DNA from: Bdellovibrionales bacterium
GTDB lineage: Bacteria; Bdellovibrionota; Bdellovibrionia; Bdellovibrionales; UBA1609
Assembly: GCA_965203935.1 (NCBI GenBank)
Contig: OZ241921.1
Coordinates: forward strand, 1,236,276 to 1,300,275
Direction: 5' to 3'
Length of the DNA stretch: 64,000 bases
Shown piece after piece: positions 9,643 through 20,010 of the stretch. Below the pieces are notes generated by a model. That model was not told the origin of the DNA, ran no database searches, and saw only the letters and a program-made list of their open reading frames with translations. The number at the start of each line of letters is the position of its first letter. Within the stretch, counting starts at the first letter, position 1. The position numbers were made by a program, and so were the translations under genes.

Positions 9643-12048
9643 ATGAAGGTATATGAGTTGGCAAAAGATTTAAAGCTCAAAAGTGTTGAGCTGTTGGATG
9701 TCTTGCGCAAAAAGCATAATATGTCCATTAAAAACCACATGCAAAATTTAACAACAGAAGATGTGGAAAAAATTCGGATTTTTTTTGATAAAAAAAGCAA
9801 AGCGCTATCTGTAGTGAGCACGAAAAAATCTGTTTCAGCAACGGTCAGAAAACAAATAAAAAAACAAGCCCCCCTCACACTTCAAACCGCAGAATCTCCT
9901 GTGCGAAGCAAAATTATACGCCGGCGGGTTCAGGACAAAAAAACTGTTCCTCCTCCTTCTTCCTTGGCGAAGGACAAAAATCAAGCGCCGTCTCCCCCGG
10001 TGGAGGAGCAAACTGCCTCCGGGGAGGGTGCGCGTTCTCTCACCAGTCACAATATCCGCCCCGGTCTTGTGACAGATGAAAGTCAGGATATTTTAAAAAA
10101 AATAGGTTCCGGTCTGACAGATCCGCTGGAGGAAAAGAAAAAGCCAAAAAAAACTCTGGAAAAAGAAAACCAAAATCAGCGGTTCAGGGCGACAGATTTC
10201 AGAAAAAGAGAGGTGATTTTTCAGCCAAAAAAAAGGCGTCTTTCCACAGGATTGTCAGTCAGGAAAACACAAATCACCACTCCTAAATCACATAAAAGGC
10301 TGATTAAGATATACGACAACAGTATTTCCATTGAGGAAATTGCCCAAAAAATGGGAGTCAAAACAAGAGATCTGTTAAAAAAAATAAAACAAGAGTCTTT
10401 GTTTTCTGATTCGGATATTCCCTCTTTGTTTGACTGTGAATCCGCTGAGGTGGTGGCCTCTTTGTTTGGCTGGGAAGTAAAAAACATGGTCAGGAAAAAA
10501 GACGATATCATCCGCTCTTTGTCTTTTGGCGACCTGTCGGCTGAAAAACAAAACAAAGCCCCTGTTGTAACAGTAATGGGTCATGTCAACCACGGAAAAA
10601 CCACCTTGCTGGATTATATCAGAAAAAGCCGGGTGGCCGTTCAGGAAGCGGGAGGCATCACACAGCATATTGGGGCTTACAGTGTTCCTGTGGGAAAAAG
10701 CTTTGTCACTTTTATAGATACCCCCGGGCATTCCGCGTTTACCGCCATGAGAGCCAGAGGAGCAAAAGTAACGGATATTGTTGTGATTGTTGTTTCCGCT
10801 GATGACGGGGTTCAACCTCAAACCGTGGAAGCCGTTAATCACGCAAAATCAGCTAAAGCGCCTGTTATTGTGGCCGTTAATAAAGTGGACCTTCCCGCAA
10901 GTGATGTGGAAAAAACAAAAAAACAAATGATGGAGCACGATCTGGTTCCGGAAGAATGGGGAGGGGACACAGTTTTTTGTTCTGTTTCCGCCCTGAAAGG
11001 GGAGGGTGTCGGGGAGCTGTTGGAGCATATTCAGCTTGTGGCGGAAATGCACGAGTTGAAAGCCAACCCTCATCGCTCCGCCTTGGGTGTTGTAATTGAA
11101 AGCCGGTTGGAAAAGGGCCGGGGCTTGGTAATGACTCTACTGGTGCAGGATGGAACTTTGGAATCAGGTCAGGTCTTGATTGCCGACAATCAGGTGGGGC
11201 GGGTTCGTCAAATGACAGATGACATGGGCCGAAGAGTGTCTTCCGCCGTGCCGGGACAGGCTGTGGAAGTTTCCGGCTTTAATCATTTTGTGCAGGTGGG
11301 AGAGACTTTTTATGTTGTAAAAAACGAAAAATCAGCCCGTAAACTTCTTTTGGAGCGCAAAAAAGAAAAAGAAGAGAGGAAAGAAAAACTCTCTGTTGAA
11401 GAGTTGCTTTTTAAGGCGCACACGAACACTGTAAAAACACTAAATATTATTTTAAAAACGGATGTGGCGGGCAGTCAGGAGGCTCTAACTTGGTCCATAG
11501 AGAAATTAAATACAGATAAAGTGCAGGCCAAAATCATTCATGCGGGGCCGGGCCGGCTGAGTGAAAGCGATGTTCTGCTTGCTGTAACAGCCGGGGCGAA
11601 AATTCTTTGTTTTAATGTGGGCGTGGACACGAAAGCTCAGCAGATTATAAAAAAACAGTCTCTTTTTGTAAAAACTTATACAGTTATTTACGATTTGCTT
11701 AAGGATGTGGAAAAAATGATGGCACAGCTTTTAGATCCGGAGATTACAGAATCTTTCGGAGGCCGGGCGGAAGTTCAGCAAATATTTCCTATCTCCCATG
11801 TGGGGGTTGTGGCCGGATGCAAAACAATTAAAGGAAAAATAGCAAATCATCATCTTATTCGTTTAATTCGGGATGACAGTGTTATTTATACAGGAAAAAT
11901 CAGCAGTTTAAAAAGGTTTAAACAATCTGTTAAAGAAGTTTCAGAAGGGCAGGAGTGCGGAATTGGCTTGGGGGCGTATAAAGAGACAAAACCCGGTGAT
12001 ATTATTGAAAGTTTTACACAAACAGAAATAAAAAGGGAGACTCTATGA
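9643..12048 (+). CDS. infB: translation initiation factor IF-2
   Basis: 801-aa ORF. GTPase motifs [17 protein letters not shown] and NKVD, with a typical IF-2 C-terminus. Confidence 0.95.
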   Translation: MKVYELAKDLKLKSVELLDVLRKKHNMSIKNHMQNLTTEDVEKIRIFFDKKSKALSVVSTKKSVSATVRKQIKKQAPLTLQTAESPVRSKIIRRRVQDKKTVPPPSSLAKDKNQAPSPPVEEQTASGEGARSLTSHNIRPGLVTDESQDILKKIGSGLTDPLEEKKKPKKTLEKENQNQRFRATDFRKREVIFQPKKRRLSTGLSVRKTQITTPKSHKRLIKIYDNSISIEEIAQKMGVKTRDLLKKIKQESLFSDSDIPSLFDCESAEVVASLFGWEVKNMVRKKDDIIRSLSFGDLSAEKQNKAPVVTVMGHVNHGKTTLLDYIRKSRVAVQEAGGITQHIGAYSVPVGKSFVTFIDTPGHSAFTAMRARGAKVTDIVVIVVSADDGVQPQTVEAVNHAKSAKAPVIVAVNKVDLPASDVEKTKKQMMEHDLVPEEWGGDTVFCSVSALKGEGVGELLEHIQLVAEMHELKANPHRSALGVVIESRLEKGRGLVMTLLVQDGTLESGQVLIADNQVGRVRQMTDDMGRRVSSAVPGQAVEVSGFNHFVQVGETFYVVKNEKSARKLLLERKKEKEERKEKLSVEELLFKAHTNTVKTLNIILKTDVAGSQEALTWSIEKLNTDKVQAKIIHAGPGRLSESDVLLAVTAGAKILCFNVGVDTKAQQIIKKQSLFVKTYTVIYDLLKDVEKMMAQLLDPEITESFGGRAEVQQIFPISHVGVVAGCKTIKGKIANHHLIRLIRDDSVIYTGKISSLKRFKQSVKEVSEGQECGIGLGAYKETKPGDIIESFTQTEIKRETL

Positions 12049-12389
12049 GCCGGAGGTTGATTAAAATAAATAAAAACCTTCAAAAGGTTTTAATGGAATA
12101 TTTTATAAGAAAAAAGAAAAATGCTTTACCCGGGTTTGTGTCTGTTAAAGAAGCCGACATGGCAAGGGACATGAAATCCGCCCGGGTGTTTTTGTCTGTT
12201 ATGAGTGAGAAAGACTGCTCAAAAACAGTGCATAAGGTTTTGGAGACGGAAAGATATTTTATTCAAAAAGCGGTTTCTCAGGCTTTGCGGCTTAAATTTT
12301 GTCCGCGCCTTAGCTTTTTTGTAAACCATGTGCCTTATGTTTTAAGCGGGCGGAGGGATAATGGCAGGGTCACGCGGGATGGCTTGTAA
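12045..12389 (+). CDS. rbfA: ribosome-binding factor A
   Basis: 114-aa ORF directly after infB. RbfA-like length and the VSVKEADMARDMKSARVFLSV region. Confidence 0.8.
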   Translation: MSRRLIKINKNLQKVLMEYFIRKKKNALPGFVSVKEADMARDMKSARVFLSVMSEKDCSKTVHKVLETERYFIQKAVSQALRLKFCPRLSFFVNHVPYVLSGRRDNGRVTRDGL

Positions 12390-13221
12390 AACAAAAAACC
12401 GCCTTTTAATTTTGTTGATAATGTTTTCCTGTAAGGCTTACACAGCCACAGTCCGCCCGGACGGAGGGGATACTTGCTGGCTGGCTTTTAAAATTTTAAA
12501 AAATCAAATTCCTGCAAAAATACTGGAGCCTGCTAAAAATTATCTGTCCGCTTTGTCAGAAAAATATCCCTTATTAACACCTGTGGTGAACAGACTGAAA
12601 GACACGGAGGCTGTCGGCGCTCTTCCTATCAGACCGGATATTGATTTTCATCAGTTGCAGAATGTGCGCGCATTTATTCCGGAGCCTGCTTATATTTACG
12701 GCAAGCCCCGTTATAAAGATTTTTTTAAAACAGCTTTTTTGGATGGGGAAAAAGTTTTTTTAAAAATCATCAGTTTAAAAAGACATCTTAAAGAACTGTC
12801 CAATATCCGGTTTTTAAATGAGAGAGAGGCGCGTATTTTGTTTAAAGGCGTAACACGGACAGATGACGGAACTTTTTATATGGTCAGCCGTTTTCAGGAA
12901 GGCGCGATGATAAGATTATATCCCCGGGGGGAATCTTTTTACTTGGACAGTGACCACAAAGTGACGGAAAAAACCTATCATCAGTTAAGGAGCCTTAAGG
13001 CTTGGTTTATTCGGGAAGGCATTATTCCCGCTGATTTACAATTTTTAATTTCAAAAACAGAGGATATTTATCTGATTGATCTGGAGTATTACTTTAAGGT
13101 TAAAGATTCTTGGTTTTTGCGGTATTATACTGCCCACAATTTTAAATTGACTCAGCGAGTTATCAGGCGGGATTTTTTGGCGCTTCCTCACGAAAAAATA
13201 CGGTTTTCCGGTGGTGAGTGA
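12361..13221 (+). CDS. hypothetical lipoprotein-like protein, possible protein-kinase-like fold
   Basis: N-terminal signal with LIMFSC lipobox-like motif. Weak kinase-like pattern: GEKVFLKII (Lys), FYMVSRFQEG (hinge), ADLQFLIS...IYLIDLEY. Confidence 0.35.
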   Translation: MAGSRGMACKTKNRLLILLIMFSCKAYTATVRPDGGDTCWLAFKILKNQIPAKILEPAKNYLSALSEKYPLLTPVVNRLKDTEAVGALPIRPDIDFHQLQNVRAFIPEPAYIYGKPRYKDFFKTAFLDGEKVFLKIISLKRHLKELSNIRFLNEREARILFKGVTRTDDGTFYMVSRFQEGAMIRLYPRGESFYLDSDHKVTEKTYHQLRSLKAWFIREGIIPADLQFLISKTEDIYLIDLEYYFKVKDSWFLRYYTAHNFKLTQRVIRRDFLALPHEKIRFSGGE

Positions 13222-13375
13222 AAACAGCCGGATATGTGAGAGGCCCCCGAAAGGGCGCAAATCCCGCACATAAGTGTCGGATACCGAACATAGTGCCGGA
13301 TTTCGAACATTTTTGCGCTCAAGACCCGCTTTTTATGCTGTTTTTCACGGATCAGGCTTTGCATGTATATTCGGT

Positions 13376-14815
13376 ATGACTATTTTTTCTTTTGCTCAGG
13401 ACGGAAATAAATTTATCCCGGTGGAGGTTCAGCTGAGTCTTATCCCGGGCCTTCCGCAAACGCAGTTTACCGGTTTGCCGGATACAGCCATTAAAGAGAG
13501 CGTTATGCGGATCAAATCCGCCGTTAGATCTCAAGGTTTTGAATGGCCCAAGACCCGGCAGATGATTATTAATTTACGGCCCGCTCACTTAAAAAAAAGC
13601 TCTCAGGGATTAGATCTGGCTGTGGCCTGCGCTCTGCTGTGGAAGACAGAGCAGTTAAAACCTCCCGCCGATATGTCCTCTCCTTTTTATGTTTACGGAG
13701 AGCTGTCCTTAAACGGCGCTGTGTCTGCGCCGTCTGACTTGGAAAGTCTGCCTGCAAAAAAAGAGGGCATCCTTACCGGCAAGACGGAAAAAGAAAATTA
13801 TCTTTGCCCTTTGTTTCAGGTAAATTGCCTTAAAGATCTGGACAAACCTTTTTTTGTGCCCGCAAAACCTTTAAGCGATCTGATGAAAAAACCTCCCATT
13901 CCTGATATTTGTTTTTCCGAGCAGGCCGGTTTTTTACTTACAGTTGTTGGCGCGGGGCTTCACCCTTTGCTTTTGGCGGGAGAGGCCGGTTCCGGAAAAA
14001 GCACATTGGCTGAACATTTGCCCTACTTGCTTCCTCCCCCCAAGCTTTCTGAATTTCAAACCGCCAGAAGAATTTGGTCTCGAATGGGAAGGGAGCTGAC
14101 ATGGGGGCCTTTTGTCCATCCTCATCACAGCGCCACCGCGCTTGCCATGATAGGGGGAGGCTCACCGCTGTTTTTTGGTGAGATCACAAAAGCGCACGGA
14201 GGGGTGTTGTTTATGGATGAATACTTGGAATTTCATCCCCGTGTGCAGGAGGCCTTAAGAGAGCCAATGGAAAAGGGGGAGATAAGCCTTGCCCGCCGGG
14301 GGCAAAGTGAAAAATTTCCGGCCCGGTTTTTAATGGTGGCCGCGACCAACCTTTGCCCCTGCGGGGATATGGTGCCGGGCAAACCTTCCCCCTGCTCGTA
14401 CTCCTTAAGAAGGTGCTTTTCCCACTTGGAAAGACTGAACGGTCCCATGTTGGATCGCTTTGATATTTTGGCCTTTTCCACCTATTGGAAGAAGGGGGCT
14501 TTATCCGTTCCGCTTAAAGATATACACGAAAAAGTTTTGCAGGCGGACAGGTTTCGCCAAAAAAGAGGACAGAAGGAAGTTAACGCGCGCCTGTCTCTTC
14601 AAGAGTTGGAAGCATCCTTAAGCTCTTTTTTAAAAGAGACACAATTATCCTCTGTGCTTTCCTCAAAAAGAAGAAAAAAAGCCGTGCTGAAAGTGGCGCG
14701 CACTTTAGCGGATCTGGAGGAAAGTGAAGAAATTACAGCTCAGCATATTGATAAGGCCGGGGAATTAAGTTTAATCCCTTTTGCGCAGATGAAAAACAGA
14801 GGCATGTTCCCCTGA
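13376..14815 (+). CDS. YifB/ComM family Mg-chelatase-like ATPase
   Basis: Lon-like N-domain (GLPDTAIKESVMRIKSAV), Walker A GEAGSGKST, GGVLFMDE and the NLCPCGD zinc-ribbon-like motif. ATG 13376 fits family N-termini better than the GTG at 13274. Confidence 0.85.
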   Translation: MTIFSFAQDGNKFIPVEVQLSLIPGLPQTQFTGLPDTAIKESVMRIKSAVRSQGFEWPKTRQMIINLRPAHLKKSSQGLDLAVACALLWKTEQLKPPADMSSPFYVYGELSLNGAVSAPSDLESLPAKKEGILTGKTEKENYLCPLFQVNCLKDLDKPFFVPAKPLSDLMKKPPIPDICFSEQAGFLLTVVGAGLHPLLLAGEAGSGKSTLAEHLPYLLPPPKLSEFQTARRIWSRMGRELTWGPFVHPHHSATALAMIGGGSPLFFGEITKAHGGVLFMDEYLEFHPRVQEALREPMEKGEISLARRGQSEKFPARFLMVAATNLCPCGDMVPGKPSPCSYSLRRCFSHLERLNGPMLDRFDILAFSTYWKKGALSVPLKDIHEKVLQADRFRQKRGQKEVNARLSLQELEASLSSFLKETQLSSVLSSKRRKKAVLKVARTLADLEESEEITAQHIDKAGELSLIPFAQMKNRGMFP

Positions 14816-14838
14816 ACTAAGCTTTTATATTTATCGTT

Positions 14839-15180
14839 TTGCTTTGTATTGACGTCCGATTTGAATCTATTGACGCCCGATTTGAAGCTGTTGACGTCCG
14901 ATTTGAAGCTATTGAAGAAAATTTTGAGACCCGATTTACAGCTATTGAAAAAAATCTTCAGGAAGTAAAGGTGGGTATAAGACGGCTGGAGGTTCAGCTG
15001 AATCAACTTATTATTTCTCTTGTAGGCAAGGAAAAAGCGATTGTCATCAAAAAACAGGCGGAGGACTTATTTGCTGAAACCCGGCCTGTTGTTCGTCCGA
15101 TAGGGAAGAACAAGAAGCATAAACGGTTTTTGCATGTACCTTTTTATAAGATCAAACAAAGCGACCGGGCAACAGTCTGA
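14839..15180 (+). CDS. hypothetical coiled-coil protein with 7-aa (21-bp) tandem repeats
   Basis: IDVRFES/IDARFEA/VDVRFEA/IEENFET heptads encoded by 21-bp tandem repeats at 14848-14952. Lies upstream of the Rpn-family gene. Confidence 0.4.
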   Translation: MLCIDVRFESIDARFEAVDVRFEAIEENFETRFTAIEKNLQEVKVGIRRLEVQLNQLIISLVGKEKAIVIKKQAEDLFAETRPVVRPIGKNKKHKRFLHVPFYKIKQSDRATV

Positions 15181-15225
15181 CCGGGAATGCTTTGAGAATG
15201 TCATCTATTAAGGAGGCAGTATAAT

Positions 15226-16170
15226 ATGAAAAAAACACTTTTAACAGGACATCACGACAGATTTTTCAAACAAGCTTATTCCGACCCTCTTATGGCCCGG
15301 GAGCTGTTTCGATTGGTCTTTTCTAAAAAGGAGTTTTCAGCTTTTGACTGGAACAGCCTAAAATCTGAAAAAGACACTTTTCAAGACAAAAGGGCTGACT
15401 TGGTTTTTTCTGTCTTACTTAACAATGCACCAGAACTGCGTTTTAAGATCTGTATCCTCTTGGAGCACAAAGCGCAATATAATCGTGATACTTTTTATCA
15501 AGCCTTAAGTTACCAGACCTTAATCATCGGGCAAACTTGGAGTCAGATGAGGGAGGCTTGGCCTGTGATCCCGGTATTGTTTTCTCACGGAAAAAAGCCT
15601 TGGAAAGGAAAAAGGTCCTTTCAGCAGGGTTTTTGGGGCAAAAGTTTTGCTAAAATTCCTGTTTCCATTGGAAAAGATATGTTAAACTATGGTGTAAGGC
15701 TTTTGGATACGCATGACCCAAAAGTGTCAGCCGTGCTGAAAGACAAAAGTTTTAAGAGCCGGGGTTTTTTGCATACTTTAAAGGAAGTGTGGAATTTAAA
15801 AGCAAATGAGGATCTGTTAAGCAAAGCTGTTTTCTTGTTTGATAATTGGCCGGGTGACAGAGACGAATTACTGTTGAGTTTGGGAGATTACTTGTGGACG
15901 GCTGTTCCCGGTATGACTGAGGACTTATGGAAGAAGGTGGAAAGCAAAGCGGTTAAAGAGGGTATATTTTCAAAAGGGGGTTATATGAACATTAAAGAAT
16001 ACATAAGAGAAGAAGGCAGGCAAGAAGGCAGACAGGCAGAACGACAGCAGGTTATTTTAAACATGCTGAAGAAATCAGCTGATTTAAGCTTTATTTCAGA
16101 AGTAACTGGCCTTTCTGTCGAAGAAATCAAAAAGCTTAAAAACGGAAAAATGACAAGAAAGAGAAAATAG
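15226..16170 (+). CDS. Rpn family recombination-promoting nuclease / putative transposase (PD-(D/E)XK, YhgA-like)
   Basis: N-terminal HHDRFFKQAYSDPLMARELF, ADLVFSV...ILLEHKAQ core and C-terminal EGRQEGRQ repeat are typical of this family. Confidence 0.8.
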   Translation: MKKTLLTGHHDRFFKQAYSDPLMARELFRLVFSKKEFSAFDWNSLKSEKDTFQDKRADLVFSVLLNNAPELRFKICILLEHKAQYNRDTFYQALSYQTLIIGQTWSQMREAWPVIPVLFSHGKKPWKGKRSFQQGFWGKSFAKIPVSIGKDMLNYGVRLLDTHDPKVSAVLKDKSFKSRGFLHTLKEVWNLKANEDLLSKAVFLFDNWPGDRDELLLSLGDYLWTAVPGMTEDLWKKVESKAVKEGIFSKGGYMNIKEYIREEGRQEGRQAERQQVILNMLKKSADLSFISEVTGLSVEEIKKLKNGKMTRKRK

Positions 16171-16175
16171 TGGCC

Positions 16176-16400
16176 GGAGGTTTAAGAACAGGCGCCGGGC
16201 TTTACGAAACATAAGTCAAAGTATTTGTGAAAAGGGGGTTCAAAAGCTCAAACATGCGTTTTGCCACACCCGCGTCTTGCAATTGCTGTGTGCTCAAAGC
16301 CGAACTCGTTTTGAACCCCCTTTTCACAAAAAAATACATGTTTCTTTAAAAAAATTATTTTACTCAAATATCGCCAAAGGCGAACTCACTTCCAGCCCTT
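16176..16400. repeat. copy of the pilin-like gene leader region, including a hairpin element with 19-bp perfect arms (16227-16327)
   Basis: Homologous to 62176-62660. Contains GTGAAAAGGGGGTTCAAAA...TTTTGAACCCCCTTTTCAC and TTACTCAAATATCGCCAAAGGCGAACTCAC. Confidence 0.75.
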
Positions 16401-16554
16401 TAAAAGCCGGGCTAAAACCAAAGTGTATTTTTCGTGAAAACAATCAGCTTATACGGCTAAGGGGGTGTAAAAGTTACACAGGTTTTTTGTTTATTTTGGT
16501 AAAAGATATGGCTTTCGGGAAGGATATTTGAATTGGCCCTAAAAAACGGACAGT

Positions 16555-17037
16555 TTACTTGGAATACCCCTGTTCATACATCTGAGGGCTTTTGTTGTCA
16601 AGACTGGAGTGAATCCGTCTTGTATTGTAAAAGCCTTCAATGTAGTTAAAGCATTCCTTCTTGACCTCTGTCAAACTAAGTTCTTTTGTGTTTATTCTGT
16701 TTATCAGCTCCACCTTCAAGGTTTTAAAAAAGCTTTCCATCGGAGCATTGTCTCAACAATTTCCTGTACGGCTCATGGAAGCCTTAAAACTGTACTGTTT
16801 TAACAAGCCCTGAATCTGTAAAGAGCTGTACTCAGAGCCTCTATCAGAATGAAACAACACATTCTTTGAATAGCCACGATTGTAAAGAGCTGTTACCCGC
16901 TTGTAGCCATAAGTGGGACGATCCTTTATCACGGCCCTTATGCCGGATAATACCTGCCTGTCTTTATCTTTAATCCTCATTTTTCCTCTTCTTCCTCCAC
17001 TCATCTTATAAAGAGACTTTGGATGAATCCCTATCAA
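16555..17037 (-). pseudogene. IS3-family transposase OrfB, internally deleted and frameshifted
   Basis: Two ORF pieces carry HSDRGSEYSS and ESFFKTLKVE...YNTRRIHSSL (DDE-integrase C-terminal motifs). The combined length is about half of an intact OrfB. Confidence 0.7.
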
Positions 17038-17133
17038 CTCACAAAATCTGGCTTTACAGCAGATGTTTGTGTGCTGTCTGACAAACTCCTTTGCGAACTC
17101 AGTTTTTCTTCTCTCAGCTTTTTTTTCATAAAC

Positions 17134-17421
17134 TCATTCCATTGCTTTAAAGTGGTAATATCCAGGAGCCTGATCCGCCACCGTGTGCTTTAAACGGGAG
17201 TTCTCCGTCTTTAAACGCTCTATCTCACTTAAAAGTTCTTTGGGGCATAATCCGGCTGACTTCTCCTCTGTGCTCATCTGTTCCCTCCTCCACTGATAAA
17301 TGGTGCTTGCATGAATCTGGTACTTCCGAGACAGCTCGGAAATACTGAGACCACCTTGAAAATGCTCTGAAAGTATCAGAAATCTTTGGCTTTTTGAAAC
17401 TCTTTTTGGAAACTTTTGCAC
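17134..17421 (-). CDS. IS3-family transposase OrfA (HTH)
   Basis: 95-aa ORF. LSISELSRKYQIHASTIYQWRRE helix-turn-helix plus a leucine-zipper-like LLSEIERLKTENSRLK. Confidence 0.7.
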   Translation of the reverse strand: MQKFPKRVSKSQRFLILSEHFQGGLSISELSRKYQIHASTIYQWRREQMSTEEKSAGLCPKELLSEIERLKTENSRLKHTVADQAPGYYHFKAME

Positions 17422-17542
17422 TTTACCTCCTTTTCAGAAGGTAGCCTAAAAATGGGGGTCAAGAACAAATGAGAGTCATAATAAGCAAAATAGGAAAAAA
17501 ATGGCATTTTAAGCGGTTTTTCTTGATTTTTGCTTAATTTCA

Positions 17543-17818
17543 TTGACTTCATGGCCTAAAATGATGATAATATTAAATATGAAAAACAAAAAGCAATCAA
17601 CATTGACGACTGAAAAAGTCCTGCCTGAATTTGTATTGAACGAAAATGCCAAAGCATTGGAGTTTTATAAAACATATAAGGCAATTTCTGATATTGCAGA
17701 AAAAATAGATATTGCTATGGGCCGAAGAAAAATATATAAATATAGTTCCGGTTCAACACAAAATATTGAGATAGACCCTCATGCACTCCCACCCGCAATC
17801 CAATCGTATACAGTTTAA
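17543..17818 (+). CDS. hypothetical protein
   Basis: ORF only, inside the decayed island. Confidence 0.25.
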   Translation: MTSWPKMMIILNMKNKKQSTLTTEKVLPEFVLNENAKALEFYKTYKAISDIAEKIDIAMGRRKIYKYSSGSTQNIEIDPHALPPAIQSYTV

Positions 17819-18062
17819 AACAACTCAAGATTGGTATAATTTTCTTAATACTTCCGGTGGAAGGTATAACCTTTTGGAACTTCGCAGAAAGTGTTATAAG
17901 GACATTGAGAAATGTCGCAAACGTCCCTTGCTGGTATATGCAACAAAATTTTTAGAACGCTCTCTGCCTCCAGATGCTCCCATTTTTATTGATATTGCCG
18001 ATATAGAAGGTTTTTCTGACTTAATACAATCCGTGGGGTTTACTGTGGGAAGCCTATATTTT
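17781..18062 (+). pseudogene. hypothetical gene interrupted by IS insertion
   Basis: The ORF runs into the IS1634-family element at 18063. Its last 156 bp are duplicated at 20011-20166, where the frame continues only 6 more codons. Confidence 0.45.
17907..18062. repeat. left copy of ~156-bp direct duplication flanking the IS
   Basis: By eye, identical to 20011-20166 (GAGAAATGTCGCAAACG...GGGAAGCCTATATTTT). Confidence 0.85.
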
Positions 18063-20010
18063 CCTGACTTCGACACAACACTATGAGTTAAAAAATATTT
18101 TGAGGTTTTTTTAGACCAGCCGGGTTGTTTTTGTTTGGTTTTGAGTGGTAAAATCAGTAAAAATTAAAGTTGTGTTCCCGACCCCGACCTTTACTTCCTC
18201 GATCTCTTCTGGAACAGTAAAAACATGTTTATCAAGGTCACTGAAAAAATCTCAAGCAAAAACCGAAAAATTAAATCTTTCCGGATTATGGAATCGGTAC
18301 GCAAAGGCTCAAAAACCATTCATAAAACAGTGCGCTTTGTGGGATCCTCCACGAACCCGGATATCATCAAGTCTTTGGAACAGATATCTCATAATCTGAT
18401 CGTAAAGCTCAGCAATGACCGACAGCCCGCCCTTCCCGGCATGGCCAAAATCATCTACAGCAAAGCGCCTGAGCATTTGAGCAAAAAACCAAAACAACAG
18501 AAGAAAAAACAAAAGCCTGTTTCTATCTTCTCCCTTAAAAAGCCACAGGAAACAGCACGCATCCAGCACGGCATTAAAGGAGTATGCGGGGCTGTCTATG
18601 AACAGTTAGGCTTTCATACCCTCATACAAGACACCAACAAAGATCAACAATGGAACAACATCTTAAAATACTGTGTCCTTGCCAGAGTGGCCCACCCGGA
18701 TTCCAAAAGAAAAACAGTAGACACTTTGGCAGAGGATTTTAACGAGACTGTTCCTTTGGAAAAAATGTATCGCATGATGGACAGGCTTTATCCACGCATA
18801 GAAAAAGCAAAAGACATGGCGGCCAAAAACACCCTGAGCCTGTTTAACCAAGAAGTGGATATTCTTTTCTTTGATGTCACCACCCTTTACTTTGAAAGCT
18901 TTGAAGAAGACGATACAAGACAGTTCGGCTTCAGCAAAGATAAGAAGTTCAACGAAACACAAGTGGTCTTAGCCCTTATCACCAACCAAGAAGGTCATCC
19001 CCTAAGCTATGAGCTGTTTCCCGGAAGCACGAGTGAAGGATCCACCCTTATTGCCACAGTTCAGAGATTAAAACAAAGATTTACAGTCAAAAACGCCGTG
19101 TTGGTGGCCGACAGAGCCATGTTTAATGAGCAAAACCTTACACTCATGGAGGAAGAGGGGATTCAATATGTGGTGTCCGCCAAGTTAAAGTCCCTGCCCA
19201 AAAGCAAGAAAGATGAGATTTTAGACAAAAACTTAAAATCTTCCACTGTCTCAGAAGACCCACACAGGGTAAAGATAAAAGAGCTTGAGTATAAACAAAG
19301 AAGACTCATTATAAGCCACTCAGAAAAAAGAGCCAAAAAGGATGAGGCGGACAGACTAAGACTCATTAAAAGACTGATGAAAAAAGTAAAGAACAAGCAA
19401 ATCCCCATAAAAAGCCTTATCCCCAATCATGGCACCAAAAAATACATCACAGTTCAAAAAACCAAAGCCACACTCAATGAACAAAAAATAGCTGAAGACA
19501 GCCGTTGGGACGGCCTACATGGACTTATTACCAACATGAAAGATAAGCCCCCCCAAGAACTCCTCACCCGATACAGACAGCTCTGGAAGATAGAAGAGGC
19601 TTTTCGTGTGTGCAAACACACTCTTAAGATGAGACCCATTTACCACTGGAAGAGGAAAAGAATCGAGGCTCATATTGCTATATGCTTCTTGGCTTACTCG
19701 CTTTCCTACACCATGAAACACAGAATGGAGCAAAGAAAGCTCAACTTCAGCATAAAGAAAATGAGAGAGATTTTAAAAAGAGATCAATACAGTATTATAG
19801 AGGATGCAAATAAAAATCTCTATCGTATGCCCTCTAAATCCACAGAACCGATACAGGCTATATACGAGGCTTTGGGGCTTAAAAGAGTGTCTGACTTTGT
19901 ATCCGGTTCCTGAAGTTTTACCGGACTTCAGTCTTAAAATGTGTGCCCCCGTAAAAACTCATAAGTATATGATATCACTCACTTAATGCCTTGCATTGTG
20001 TCGAAGTCGG
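18063..20010 (+). mobile_element. IS1634-family (IS4-like) insertion sequence, ~1.95 kb
   Basis: Terminal inverted repeats CCTGACTTCGACACAA (18063-) and TTGTGTCGAAGTCGG(G) (-20010), one 562-aa DDE transposase, flanked by a long direct duplication. Confidence 0.8.
18225..19913 (+). CDS. IS1634-family DDE transposase
   Basis: 562-aa ORF. N-terminus MFIKVTEKISSKNRKIKSFRIMESVRKGSKTIHKTVRFVG and the C-terminal YRQLWKIEEAFRVCK motif are typical of IS4/IS1634 transposases. Confidence 0.8.
   Translation: MFIKVTEKISSKNRKIKSFRIMESVRKGSKTIHKTVRFVGSSTNPDIIKSLEQISHNLIVKLSNDRQPALPGMAKIIYSKAPEHLSKKPKQQKKKQKPVSIFSLKKPQETARIQHGIKGVCGAVYEQLGFHTLIQDTNKDQQWNNILKYCVLARVAHPDSKRKTVDTLAEDFNETVPLEKMYRMMDRLYPRIEKAKDMAAKNTLSLFNQEVDILFFDVTTLYFESFEEDDTRQFGFSKDKKFNETQVVLALITNQEGHPLSYELFPGSTSEGSTLIATVQRLKQRFTVKNAVLVADRAMFNEQNLTLMEEEGIQYVVSAKLKSLPKSKKDEILDKNLKSSTVSEDPHRVKIKELEYKQRRLIISHSEKRAKKDEADRLRLIKRLMKKVKNKQIPIKSLIPNHGTKKYITVQKTKATLNEQKIAEDSRWDGLHGLITNMKDKPPQELLTRYRQLWKIEEAFRVCKHTLKMRPIYHWKRKRIEAHIAICFLAYSLSYTMKHRMEQRKLNFSIKKMREILKRDQYSIIEDANKNLYRMPSKSTEPIQAIYEALGLKRVSDFVSGS

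Larger units (their letters stand above)
16529..17466 (-). mobile_element. degenerate IS3-family element (boundaries approximate)
   Basis: Contains an IS3 OrfA and internally deleted, frame-broken OrfB pieces. The left end begins TGAATTGGCCC. The total length is far shorter than an intact IS3. Confidence 0.6.

Noticed and set aside
16277-16531. 84-aa ORF downstream of the Rpn gene
   Set aside because: It is not an independent gene. It is the open frame of the orphan pilin-leader copy, truncated at the IS3 boundary.
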